From Spirochaetia bacterium (GTDB lineage: Bacteria; Spirochaetota; Spirochaetia; DSM-16054; Sediminispirochaetaceae), in contig JAXHMY010000003.1 of assembly GCA_034520965.1 (NCBI GenBank), forward strand, positions 640,001-704,000: a stretch of DNA of 64,000 nucleotides, read 5' to 3'. The position numbers and the translations under genes were made by a program. Shown in pieces: positions 30,805 through 40,019 of this stretch (position 1 is the stretch's first letter; every line of letters begins with the position of its first letter). The notes beneath the pieces are model-generated. The model saw only the letters and a list, made by a program, of their open reading frames with translations. It did no database searches and was not told the origin of the DNA.

Positions 30805-31808
30805 TCAAGACTCCCCTTGCCCATCGGTAAAGAGAACCTTATTACCCCCGCGGCGTCTCCCCGCAAGGGGCAGTTCATGAGTTTTGAAAAGCATCTCTTC
30901 AACATTGCCTTCAAAACCTGGATACATACACACTCCGACACTGGCGGTCACCCGGAACTCATTGCCCCCGGCGGCCTTCGATACATCAAGCTTATTCATA
31001 AACTCTTTAAGTTTGTGGGCCTGTTCACGCGCCTCATCACGGCTCACTCCGGGAAAAATAACCGCCACAGCGTTTCCCTTGTACCTGGCAATCCTTTCAT
31101 CCTCTCCGATAAAATCCCGCAAACCCCGGGCCATAATTTTGATGGCCAGATCACCCGCATCATGACCGTATGCATCATTTAAGGTTTTGAAGTTATCCGG
31201 TTTTGTAATAGCCAGAGCAAAAGAAGCTTCTTCCTTTGAGGAATCACTTTTGTCGGTCAGCTCCCGCAGCTTTTCCGTCAGAAACACCTGGTTGTACAGC
31301 CCTGTAAGGGTATCCCGGTACACCTGTTTCTGCAGCTCCTGTACAAGCGGGGAGTTCTCTTTTACAAGCGTATTTACCCGCCGTATTCTCCCGGCTGTCT
31401 CAACGAGAATCCTGTGCAGAATACGGGCGGAAACTGAAGGTCTTTCTTCGAGAAACTCAAAAAATCTTTCCCCCGACGTGGAAACTCCAGAACCCACGTT
31501 TCCTCATCTGCCAGGGCCGAAGCGCCCCTGACTGCAGAGGTAAACAAATCTAGTTCCCCAAAAAGATTACCCATCACATAACGGGCAATAACCTTGAAAC
31601 GGCCCTCTTCGTCGGTCTTTCGGACTATCACCTGCCCGGTTTCCACAATGTACAAGGACCGGCCCGGATCGCCCTGCAGAAATACAGCATCGCCGCTTTT
31701 ACAACGGCGGATTACACTGTTTTCGGCTACCACCAGGATATCCTCTAAGGAAAGCTCTGAGAAAAGCTCCGCCTGCCTCACAATTTGTTCTTTTCGCGTT
31801 TCTTTCAC
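30805..31808 (-). CDS. cNMP-binding / degenerate GGDEF protein (apparent frameshift ~31470)
   Basis: VFLQGDPG.SLYIV..G...FGEL; DTLTGLYN, PDNFK.LND.YGH..GD, but the active site reads RYKGNAV. GTG start after GGGAG. Confidence 0.82.
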
Positions 31809-31947
31809 GATTACTCCCGGTACAGCACATCGTACACTTGCTATAGAGTATAATACGTACCGACTGAAAAACAAGGCGCGTTTAAATGAAGGCCGGTAGA
31901 TAGAGCCGGCGATTTCCCGGGAGTTCAGTTACAACGTTTCCACCTAA

Positions 31948-31985
31948 TAAAAAAAGGCTGTCTAAGATAATCCCTCAGACAGCCC
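31948..31985 (-). terminator. Intrinsic terminator after the beta-barrel gene
   Basis: Minus strand GGCTGTCTGAG...TTAGACAGCC-TTTTTTT. Confidence 0.75.
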
Positions 31986-32017
31986 CCCGGTTACGAGTAC
32001 ATCTCACAAGTTTTTAG

Positions 32018-33115
32018 TTAAAACCCGTACTCAATGCCTCCGCTTATGCTGAAGTTCCACGTGTCGTAATTCGGATCGTTTGAAAAGGTCTTGCCCGCTG
32101 AGCCCCGCAGAACAAAGAAAATTTGGTCGTTAGGGGTCCAGTCCGCCTCTAGGCCGCCCCCCACATCAAGCTGTGTAAGCTCCTCAGTAGTGGGGAATTC
32201 GTTCTCATCTAAGGCCTTTCGATCGGTATAACGGCGGCCCTGTGTATATAGAAGTGAAGATAGCTGCAGTTCCCTGGTTGGGCTCCAGGAAAAACTGCCC
32301 TCTACCTCTCCAAAGACCGCATCGGTGCCATCTTTTTTAAGGTTCGCCTCGGAAAGGTATTCCTCGTCGTTGCTTATGCGCTTTCCCCCATTCAACCGCA
32401 GGCTCCAGTCGGCAAAGTAACCGGCCAGGCCCGTTATTTCCGCTTCTCCGGCGGCGATAATATCCTGTCGATTGGCCTCCCCCTGGAGGACGTATGTGTC
32501 GGAGAGGTTCTGGGTATAATCCTCCCCATAGAACTCCGCCGTTCCACTAGCTTCAAGGCGGTAGCCTATCTTTATGGAAGGGTCGTAACTTAACCCGAGG
32601 GATGCGGAATGGGAGCTACGATCCTCCACTCCCAGCTCTTGGTAGACATAGTACCCCGAATACTCGATATACGGTTCCACCACCTTCCTGCTGCTCGAAC
32701 CGGGAGAATAGGTGTATTTTCCGCTCCATTTCGGTCTAAACGTGGTGCCGTAGGAAGAATTATCAAGGGTCGAGTTAAATCCTGTTTCAAACAGCATCGT
32801 CCCCCCCGTAAAAGGAAGTCCCACCGCCACATCCAAGTTCTCCTCATCTTGGGTTACCCCGCTCTGGGGGTTATACTCAAGAGTGGCATTTCCATTCAGG
32901 GCGGCGTAGCCCCCGCCGTCGAAGGCGGTACGCCAGCTGCCTATGCCGTACAGATCATACCATATAGTAGAGTTATACTCTGAGTAGTCTGAATACTCCG
33001 CCGAAGTGCCCACAATAAAAGTTGGGGAAAACGCCGCGAGCGGCACCACACTCACCATAAATACACCCACTACAAGGGCAATTACCTGCATAAATTTATT
33101 TTCAAGTACACTCAT
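32018..33115 (-). CDS. Putative outer-membrane beta-barrel protein
   Basis: Signal peptide, Tyr/Gly-rich alternating strands, C-terminal GGIEYGF beta-signal. Confidence 0.75.
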   Translation of the reverse strand: MSVLENKFMQVIALVVGVFMVSVVPLAAFSPTFIVGTSAEYSDYSEYNSTIWYDLYGIGSWRTAFDGGGYAALNGNATLEYNPQSGVTQDEENLDVAVGLPFTGGTMLFETGFNSTLDNSSYGTTFRPKWSGKYTYSPGSSSRKVVEPYIEYSGYYVYQELGVEDRSSHSASLGLSYDPSIKIGYRLEASGTAEFYGEDYTQNLSDTYVLQGEANRQDIIAAGEAEITGLAGYFADWSLRLNGGKRISNDEEYLSEANLKKDGTDAVFGEVEGSFSWSPTRELQLSSLLYTQGRRYTDRKALDENEFPTTEELTQLDVGGGLEADWTPNDQIFFVLRGSAGKTFSNDPNYDTWNFSISGGIEYGF

Positions 33116-33153
33116 ATCTAAAGCCTCCTCTCTGTCTTATTTGTACAAAATCT

Positions 33154-33918
33154 TCAGTGCAAAATCACTCTTTCCAGCTCTTCCACACTCTCGCTTGAAC
33201 CGGCCTGTGCTGCTATGCGTTCGGTCAGCTCCTCTGGACGGATTCTCTCTCGCCGTGCGATTCTATAGAGGTCAAGTATTCCCTCATATTCTGCAGTAGG
33301 AATAGCAGAGGAGACAAGCGCCTCCGCTACCGACAAGCCATCCTCTTTAGATAGTCCCCAAGTGCTCAGGGAGGCATAGAGAAAAGAAATCGGTCTAAAT
33401 TTTTCCGGATTTTTCTTACATATCTCAATAAGGATAGTCAGTTCATCTGAACCAAAACCGGCGGCGAGCATATTTGCCGCCCGCTTCCACTGGCTTTCTC
33501 GGTTCATAAAAACCGCCTCAGCCTCTGCTTCAGCAAATAGCCTTCGAGCACTCATCAAATATTCAATATCATTCTTCAGGGCCACATGTAAGCGAGGGGC
33601 CGACACGCCCTTAGCTACTCCTTCCTGAACACGAGGTACAAGCATATCTCCGGGAATATCCTTACTCTCAGCCAGTTCAAAGGAGTTCAGCACATTCTGG
33701 ATCTCGGTGCGGGTATATCCATGCTCTTCAAGAATGCCCTCTACCTTCGAGCTTGCCCCAGAAGCAACAGCTCCCTCCTCTTCAGCTGTCACCAGAAGAG
33801 GACTGCTCCAAAATAACAAAAGCGCAAGGATTCCAATAAACGAGTAATAACGCAGGGTGCCTTGAGGCACCCATGCGTCAGTATAAACTTTTTTCTCAGT
33901 ATTAAAACCACTTCTCAT
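33154..33918 (-). CDS. Hypothetical exported helical protein
   Basis: N-terminal hydrophobic segment; helical body including IP..ML..RVQEG.AKGV. Confidence 0.7.
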   Translation of the reverse strand: MRSGFNTEKKVYTDAWVPQGTLRYYSFIGILALLLFWSSPLLVTAEEEGAVASGASSKVEGILEEHGYTRTEIQNVLNSFELAESKDIPGDMLVPRVQEGVAKGVSAPRLHVALKNDIEYLMSARRLFAEAEAEAVFMNRESQWKRAANMLAAGFGSDELTILIEICKKNPEKFRPISFLYASLSTWGLSKEDGLSVAEALVSSAIPTAEYEGILDLYRIARRERIRPEELTERIAAQAGSSESVEELERVILH

Positions 33919-33924
33919 ATAAAA

Positions 33925-34543
33925 TTATTCTCGCCCTGGCAGTCGTCCAGGATCGTAATCAGACACCGATATCCCATCCATATTTCCCGGACCTGCGCCG
34001 GCGCCTTTCGCTCTTTCGGCTCTACCGGAGGCACGAGAACGGTTCTCCATTGCCTTATCAAGTCGGGCTTAATCTGCTCTCTCATCATAGTTTGCACTGG
34101 GTCATATCTCCAGCGCCTACCTGATCGCGTATACGCTCCATGTTCTGCACTACATCTCGGGTTCCCTCAAAAGATGCTCGCGCGATTTCTCGTTGCTCAA
34201 AACCGGAGCGCTCCATAGAGCCGGCCATCACAGCTAACTCTAGTGCAAGATCAGCATTCTCCGCACCCTCAAGTTGCTCACGGTCCTGGTTCGCCAGCTG
34301 CAGTGCCATGGCAACAACCTCCGGCTCGGCACCTTCAGCTTCTTCCCAGTCTCTCTCTCCGGCTGCTTCTGCAAACTCTGCAATCTGCTCTTCAGTCCAC
34401 CCCTCTTGCTCTAATTGCTCCAGCATTTCTCTAACAACCTGCGGCAAGCCTTCATCCTCTGCTTCCTGAGCCATTGCGAACCCGCCTAAAAGCAGCCCTA
34501 TCGCAACAGCAATCACCATAACTCTCTTTAATCCCATTCTCAT
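33925..34543 (-). CDS. Secreted acidic helical protein, paralog of 36859-37455 (apparent frameshifts near 34095 and 34065)
   Basis: AAGGAGG RBS, signal peptide; WEEAEGAEPEVVAMALQLA...ENADLALELA. The 3' end is reconstructed by frame change to TAA at 33927-33925. Confidence 0.72.
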
Positions 34544-34565
34544 ACTAAATCCTCCTTAGTGCACA

Positions 34566-35315
34566 TTAAATATTCAAAACCGAATTAGTTCCGCCGAAGC
34601 CGTCTTCCACCCTTAGGGGTGCATCGGGATCGGGTATCCATTTCTTACCATTTATTAAAAACTGGTACTGATACTCCCCACCCTTTTCAAGCTTAAGGCG
34701 CAGTTCCCATATTCCGTCCTTATTTGGGTCGCTCATGCGGTTTTTCTCCGGGTCCCACCCATTCCAATCTCCTACCACAGCCACACTCTCAGCCTCGGGA
34801 GCTTCAAGAGTAAGGTGCACGGTAATTACTTCTTTTGGGGGTGTTTGTTCTTCCGAAGGAGCCTGTACCACAGCCGCCCCTCCCTGGGGGATCTGTCGTT
34901 CGGTAACCATTAAAGTAAGCGTTACTGAGAGGGCCACTAAAAGCACAGCCGCCGCCGCAAGCGAGGCGATACTTCGGGGTTTTTCTAATCTCGCTTTTTT
35001 GCTCTCTTTATTCCCGTTTTTCCCATTCTTTTCACCGAATCTCCCTTCGATCACATTAGACTCAGTGGAAATGCGGCTCATTACATTCTGGAGCACAATT
35101 TCGGGTACCCCCTCGGGTACCTCCGAATGCAAGGCCCCCTCCGTGGATCCCAGACTTAAGGCCTGATGCAGGGCAGCACACGCTTCACACTCCGACAGAT
35201 GTTCCCGAAGCTCTTGAGAAAGCCCCGCTTTTCCCGGCATCGAATCCTCGTTTTTCAGAGCCTCTTCAGCGTATGTAAATAGATTATCTCTGCACTCTTT
35301 GCACTCCATCTTCAT
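34566..35315 (-). CDS. Zinc-finger anti-sigma (ZAS) + TM + glycogen-binding CBM48/AMPK-beta-like domain
   Basis: C..C...HLSECEAC, one TM, then APEAESVAVVGDWNGW...GIW...YQYQF..NG..W..DP...DGFGG.NS. Confidence 0.88.
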   Translation of the reverse strand: MKMECKECRDNLFTYAEEALKNEDSMPGKAGLSQELREHLSECEACAALHQALSLGSTEGALHSEVPEGVPEIVLQNVMSRISTESNVIEGRFGEKNGKNGNKESKKARLEKPRSIASLAAAAVLLVALSVTLTLMVTERQIPQGGAAVVQAPSEEQTPPKEVITVHLTLEAPEAESVAVVGDWNGWDPEKNRMSDPNKDGIWELRLKLEKGGEYQYQFLINGKKWIPDPDAPLRVEDGFGGTNSVLNI

Positions 35316-35326
35316 CTCCTAATTGG

Positions 35327-35358
35327 ATATACGCATATACAAACCAAAGGTTTTAAAA
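35327..35358 (-). promoter_or_regulatory. ECF-sigma-type promoter, copy 1
   Basis: Minus strand TTTTAAAACC-N14-GCGTATAT (AAAC-N16-CGTA), identical arms to the copy at 37480-37511. Confidence 0.7.
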
Positions 35359-36764
35359 AACAGTAAAAGCTTCTTCTTTTTTCTGTTTGTATAACCAAGT
35401 AATTTTTTCTTTATTCCCTATAAGCTTCAAATCACCCTTACCCTGTCTCAGGGCTGAGTGAACATGAAGTAGATAGTGTATGCTTCGGCGGTCCATTACA
35501 TCTATATCCCTAAGATCTACAGTGATAGTTTTCTCTCCCTTGTACATACAGCGCCGTACCACAGCAGAAAAATAATCTAGGTTTCCAAAAGTAAAATGCC
35601 CGCTAAGAATAAAATAGCCCGGACGCTTCACATCGACAGTAATTTTGAGCGCTTCAGACTCCTGATTTTCGTCTTCATCGCTTTCTTTATGAGTGCTTAT
35701 TGAACTCAACATCTCGTTGGTGCTCCGCAGGCGTGCTATAAGCCCCCTCAGCACGCTCATAAACCACTCCGGAACCCCGTATGACCCATGATAAAAATCT
35801 TTCGCTTCTACTACATATACCGAACCTCCAGTTATTGCCTTTACCGATGCAGAGCGGGCACCTTCGTGAATAAGAGACATCTCCCCAATTACATCACCGG
35901 CCTCGGCAAAACTATAGAGGGCAAGGGTACCGCTTCTTCTTTTTCTCGGAATATTTCAAACTTTCCTGTACGTACTATGTACATAGACCTAGCCAATTCA
36001 CCCTCATGTATAAGAAATTCTCCCTTCGCCACCGACCGTATTTGCATTTTATAGGAATCGATAAGTGAGGTTACCCCTTTGAGCTCAGAGAGTTTATTAT
36101 AAATAAGCTGTACATTGGTAAATCGAATTTTCTCTTTCTGGGCGGCGGGCGAATTTATGAGTTCTTTTAGATAGTTCAACACATCTTTGTCAATATCAAT
36201 TACCCCGGAAAAATCAATGGTTACTACTGAAGAATTTTTGGATACTGTCTTCCTCACCAGTTCTTTCACATCATTGATATGCTTCCCGCAAAAATACCCC
36301 TTTAGTACTACTCTGTTTTCTTCTGTATCCTCTTGAATAGTTAAGGTATCAGGAACATCCTCCACTTTTTGATCCTCGAGGGCAGGAACATCCCCTACCG
36401 CAATGTAATCACTCAGCATAATAGTCGTATGACGAATCCGCTCTACCAGAGTTTGCGCTATGCTCTGAATCCAATCAGGTATACCAAATCTACTATTCTC
36501 AAAGACCTCTCTACTTATCACATTGGCGTATACCCTCTCAACAGCAATCACACTCGCAGTACGTGGAATACCGGATATAAGAGACATCTCGCCCACAAAA
36601 CTACCCTTTCCCAACTCAGTTATAGGTATTTCCTTTCCGCCTTTTGAGATAGTTATGCGGACCCTTCCCGAACGGATAATATACATATCACGACTTGTAT
36701 CACCTTCGCGAAACAAAACCTCGCCGGGTTTAAACTGTTGAAACTTCGACTCTCTTTTATCCAT
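35353..36764 (-). CDS. Tandem (cNMP-binding - STAS-like)x2 protein (apparent frameshift ~35900-35930)
   Basis: LFREGD...MYII.SG...GEMS...PRTA; IDFSGVIDID; LIHEGE...MYIV..G...GEMSLI...RSA; VDLRDIDVMD. Confidence 0.78.
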
Positions 36765-36858
36765 AAACTCCCCCACCCCAAATATTCAAGTAAAGAAAGG
36801 GCCACCCTCATAAATGTGGATGGCCCCAAAAGTTCACTTTTCAAGTAATACTATGATG

Positions 36859-37455
36859 CTATATGTCGCCATCGGAAGAATCGGTAGTGCCCTCTGCGGG
36901 TGTACCGGAAGTAGCTTCCGAGGTTTTGTCTTTACTCGTTTCGACGCCTTTATTCTCCGAAGCTCTCTTCTGGGCGGCCTTTTTTGCCTCAGTACTCACC
37001 GTCGAGCGAACAATCTCACCGAGATTCTCACTCATATCACCGCTTTTCCACTCTTCGATTTGTCCGAGCATTGTACGTACAGCCTCAAGCGTTGCTTGTG
37101 CTACTACCGCATCCTCATAGTTCTCATTTTCTAAACGAACGGCATTCTGCGCCAATTCTAACGCCAGTTCTGCATTTTGCTCCGGGTCAAGTTCTGCATT
37201 TTCTTTCTTGGCCAGACTCAATGCACGAGCCACTACCTCAGGATCGGCATTCTCAGCCTCTTCCCATGACAATTCCCTAGCTGCCTCTGCTATATCCAGT
37301 GCCTCTTCGCTGTTAAAATCGGAATTGACAAGCGCAGTTTCCAGCCTCCCAGGGAAATCCCCATCGGACGCTTCCTGAGCACCTCCAGCAAAAATCGCCG
37401 GTGTCACCATCATAGTTCCCAAAATAATTGCAATAACAAATAAATTACGTTTCAT
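36859..37455 (-). CDS. Secreted acidic helical protein, paralog of 33925-34543
   Basis: AGGAGG RBS; FAGGAQE N-terminus; WEEAENADPEVVARALSLA...QNAELALELA. Confidence 0.78.
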   Translation of the reverse strand: MKRNLFVIAIILGTMMVTPAIFAGGAQEASDGDFPGRLETALVNSDFNSEEALDIAEAARELSWEEAENADPEVVARALSLAKKENAELDPEQNAELALELAQNAVRLENENYEDAVVAQATLEAVRTMLGQIEEWKSGDMSENLGEIVRSTVSTEAKKAAQKRASENKGVETSKDKTSEATSGTPAEGTTDSSDGDI

Positions 37456-37479
37456 ATACGTTGCCTCCTGTTATTAACA

Positions 37480-37511
37480 ATATACGCGTTCAAAGCGAGG
37501 AGGTTTTAAAA
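37480..37511 (-). promoter_or_regulatory. ECF-sigma-type promoter, copy 2
   Basis: Minus strand TTTTAAAACC-N14-GCGTATAT just upstream of the RBS. Confidence 0.7.
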
Positions 37512-37549
37512 GTTTCACTTCCGGCTTCTAATACTCGTTTCAGAGTGTT

Positions 37550-37744
37550 TTACATACCTCTGGAAAAAGAAGTTGTTCGGCACGTGGAATTTATTGCTGT
37601 CTTCGTCTTGTGCACCGCGAGGTTTCGCCTATGTGCAATTCGGTACTTGCGGGTGAAACGGTCGATTGTCTTTTGCAGCAGTTTCTGTATAAGAAGACCT
37701 GCTATCAGAATTACCACGGTCCCTATTACTTTTATTATAGACAT
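37550..37744 (-). pseudogene. Truncated N-terminus of a possible MscS-family membrane protein
   Basis: GGAGGAG RBS, one TM and basic helix, then abrupt end; family guess is weak. Confidence 0.35.
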
Positions 37745-37946
37745 ACTATCTCCTCCCAATTAAAAGTATAAATGAACCCCTTCCGGAATTTTATAAAAAA
37801 AATGCTCTTCCCGTAGCCGGCTGGGGCTGTGCAGTCGGAAGTGGCGCCTGCGCCGGTAGATAGCCCGAATAACCGGTATCTGCTGGGGTAGAAGACAAGG
37901 GGCAAATTATGAGTTTTGAAGTAAAGGTGTCAAAAACACTGTCGCC

Positions 37947-37999
37947 CGATGCCGATAGTCAATCAAATCGCCTCCTCAAAACGTTGACTAACGGCATCG
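37947..37999. repeat. 16-bp inverted repeat (15/16) with 21-nt loop
   Basis: CGATGCCGATAGTCAA ... TTGACTAACGGCATCG. Confidence 0.8.
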
Positions 38000-38073
38000 A
38001 GGACTTGGGGGGAGTAGGCATCCGCCTCCGCAGCTTCATCTGCCCCGCCACAGCCCCCGCTCGGCATACAAAC

Positions 38074-38109
38074 TTGACTATTCAGTTATGGTAGCGTTAT
38101 ACTACCAGT
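38074..38109 (+). promoter_or_regulatory. Leaderless promoter of the TA operon with overlapping operator palindrome
   Basis: TTGACT-18-TATACT-6 nt-ATG; GGTAG-N7-CTACC over the -10. Confidence 0.65.
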
Positions 38110-38337
38110 ATGAAATCGATACACATTCGCGACATCGATCCGGAGGTGCTGCAGCGTCTCAAAAAACTCGCTGAAATGCACCACCGCTCCATGCAGGGCG
38201 AGCTCAAAACCATTATTGCCGAGGCGACGCGAAAAATTCCCGCTGCCAACCCGGACGAAGAGCTCGACCTCATCACCGTCTCAACCGAAAATAAGCAGTC
38301 ATGGAAACGGGAGGACTATTACGACAATGCGAGGTAA
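38110..38337 (+). CDS. FitA-like ribbon-helix-helix antitoxin
   Basis: SIHIRDID.EV..RLK..A..H.RSM.GEL; overlaps the PIN gene. Confidence 0.88.
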   Translation: MKSIHIRDIDPEVLQRLKKLAEMHHRSMQGELKTIIAEATRKIPAANPDEELDLITVSTENKQSWKREDYYDNAR

Positions 38338-38785
38338 ACTTGCCCTGGTCGATACCAACATCCTGCTTACCGCCACCGACCGCTCTCGCCCGGAGCACAC
38401 CGCAGCCCGCGCGGTCTTCCCCCAAGCCCTGGCCGCTGGAGTCCACCTCTGTATCACCGCTCAGATCATCCGCGAATACCTGGTAGTTGCCACCCGCCCT
38501 GTCGAAGTAAATGGACTCGACCTCAGCTCCGCCGAAGCCATCCACAATATCGAAAACTTCAAACGCCGCCTACTCCTTCTCGAAGAAACTGAGCTCGTCA
38601 CATCCGAGCTCCTCTCCCTTGTCCGCAGCTACAAGCTGTCCGGCAAATCAATCCACGACGCCAATCTCATCGCCGTGATGCATGAGCAAAATGTCCACCT
38701 GCTCATCACCCAGAACCCGTCCGACTTTGCCGACTTTCCCGATATCGAATTATTCAGCCCAACCTCATTCCTGGACCTTTTATAA
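38327..38785 (+). CDS. vapC: PIN-domain VapC/FitB toxin
   Basis: VDTNIL, E (IIREY), IHDA, T.N..DF acidic residues. Confidence 0.9.
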   Translation: MRGKLALVDTNILLTATDRSRPEHTAARAVFPQALAAGVHLCITAQIIREYLVVATRPVEVNGLDLSSAEAIHNIENFKRRLLLLEETELVTSELLSLVRSYKLSGKSIHDANLIAVMHEQNVHLLITQNPSDFADFPDIELFSPTSFLDLL

Positions 38786-38830
38786 GGAAAAAACCAAATT
38801 CCACAGACGGCTGCTGCCGCCCGAACAGAT

Positions 38831-40019
38831 TCATCGTTCTGGGCTGAGCACGTCAATCACTTCCTGTTCGACTCCCCGGCCATGCTGCTGCATCAACCCA
38901 ATTAAATCGGCAAAACGAGGACCGCGAAGCTGTGAGAGCCGGGCAGAACTTCCCTCCGAAAGTGGATATCCGAAACGCACATATCTGCGGTAGGTCTCCG
39001 CATCCATATGCCAGGGAACAAGCTGTCCGTTCAACAGGCTCTCGGCCTCCTGAAAAATAAGCAGGCCGTCGGGGTCGAGATCGCCAAAATAGTACATCCA
39101 AATGCCGGATTGCTCGACTAACTGTAAAAGTTTGATCGCCGCAGAGTTCAAATGCCCGCCACCGTATACCAGACCGGCGAAACCGCATTTATTAAACGGC
39201 AGGGTCATAAAGGTCTCTTTGTTTTCTACCACCAGCACCGGTGCGCCGGCGGATATCAACACCAAACGTTCGGCCAGCTCAGGTCCGAAAAAAAGCGGCT
39301 CATCCCTAAGCTTCCAGGCCTGGCCGTCCTGCATCACTAGCTCCAGTTCTCCCCGGATTGCCGCCAGAGGATAGTTACGGGCCAGCCCAAATCGAGCCGA
39401 CAGCTTCTCGCCGGCAGCTGCCGTCGCCAGCTTGTCGGCCTGCGGCAAAAGCCGCTCCAGGCGTTTCGAATCGTTGTAAAGACGGACACTGAAGGCCCGC
39501 AGGGGCAGTCCGGCGATCATATTCCGGTCGGCGGCCAACAATTTTAGAAGGTCATCGAGGCTCTGCGGATCCCCGCAGGGCGTCGGAATAAACGCTTCAA
39601 GCCGGGCCTGAAGATGCTCAATAAGGCCCTCTGTAAACCCCGGCTGATCGTCCTTCAGCCAGCCGCCCCCTGCCCGGAATTCCCGCAGCAAGGCCAGCGA
39701 CTCCTCCCGCTGCTGCTCCGGAGAAGACCCCCCGAGCATCTGATGCAAGCGTACCGGGTCCTTGAGGAAAAGCGCCTCTATCCGGTCGCCCCGACGGTGG
39801 CGGGCCCACTTTATCGACAACACCCCCTGCCGCCTCCAGCTCCTCCGCCGCCGAGATAAACTCATCCTTTAACTGCGGATCGGTCTCGATACCGGGAAAA
39901 ATCCGCTCCCAGCGGCCCTTACGCAGCGCCCGCCCGCCGCGTATCTGTGCAGAATGAGGATAGTCGTTCTCAAACTCTTTTAATATGACGCTACGAATGC
40001 TCGAACTTTTGGGGGTCAT
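38831..40019 (-). CDS. jetD: Wadjet JetD Toprim nuclease (apparent frameshift ~39830)
   Basis: VVENKETF, GG and YFGDLDPDG..I, C-terminal VEQE; ATGA overlap with jetC. Confidence 0.88.
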
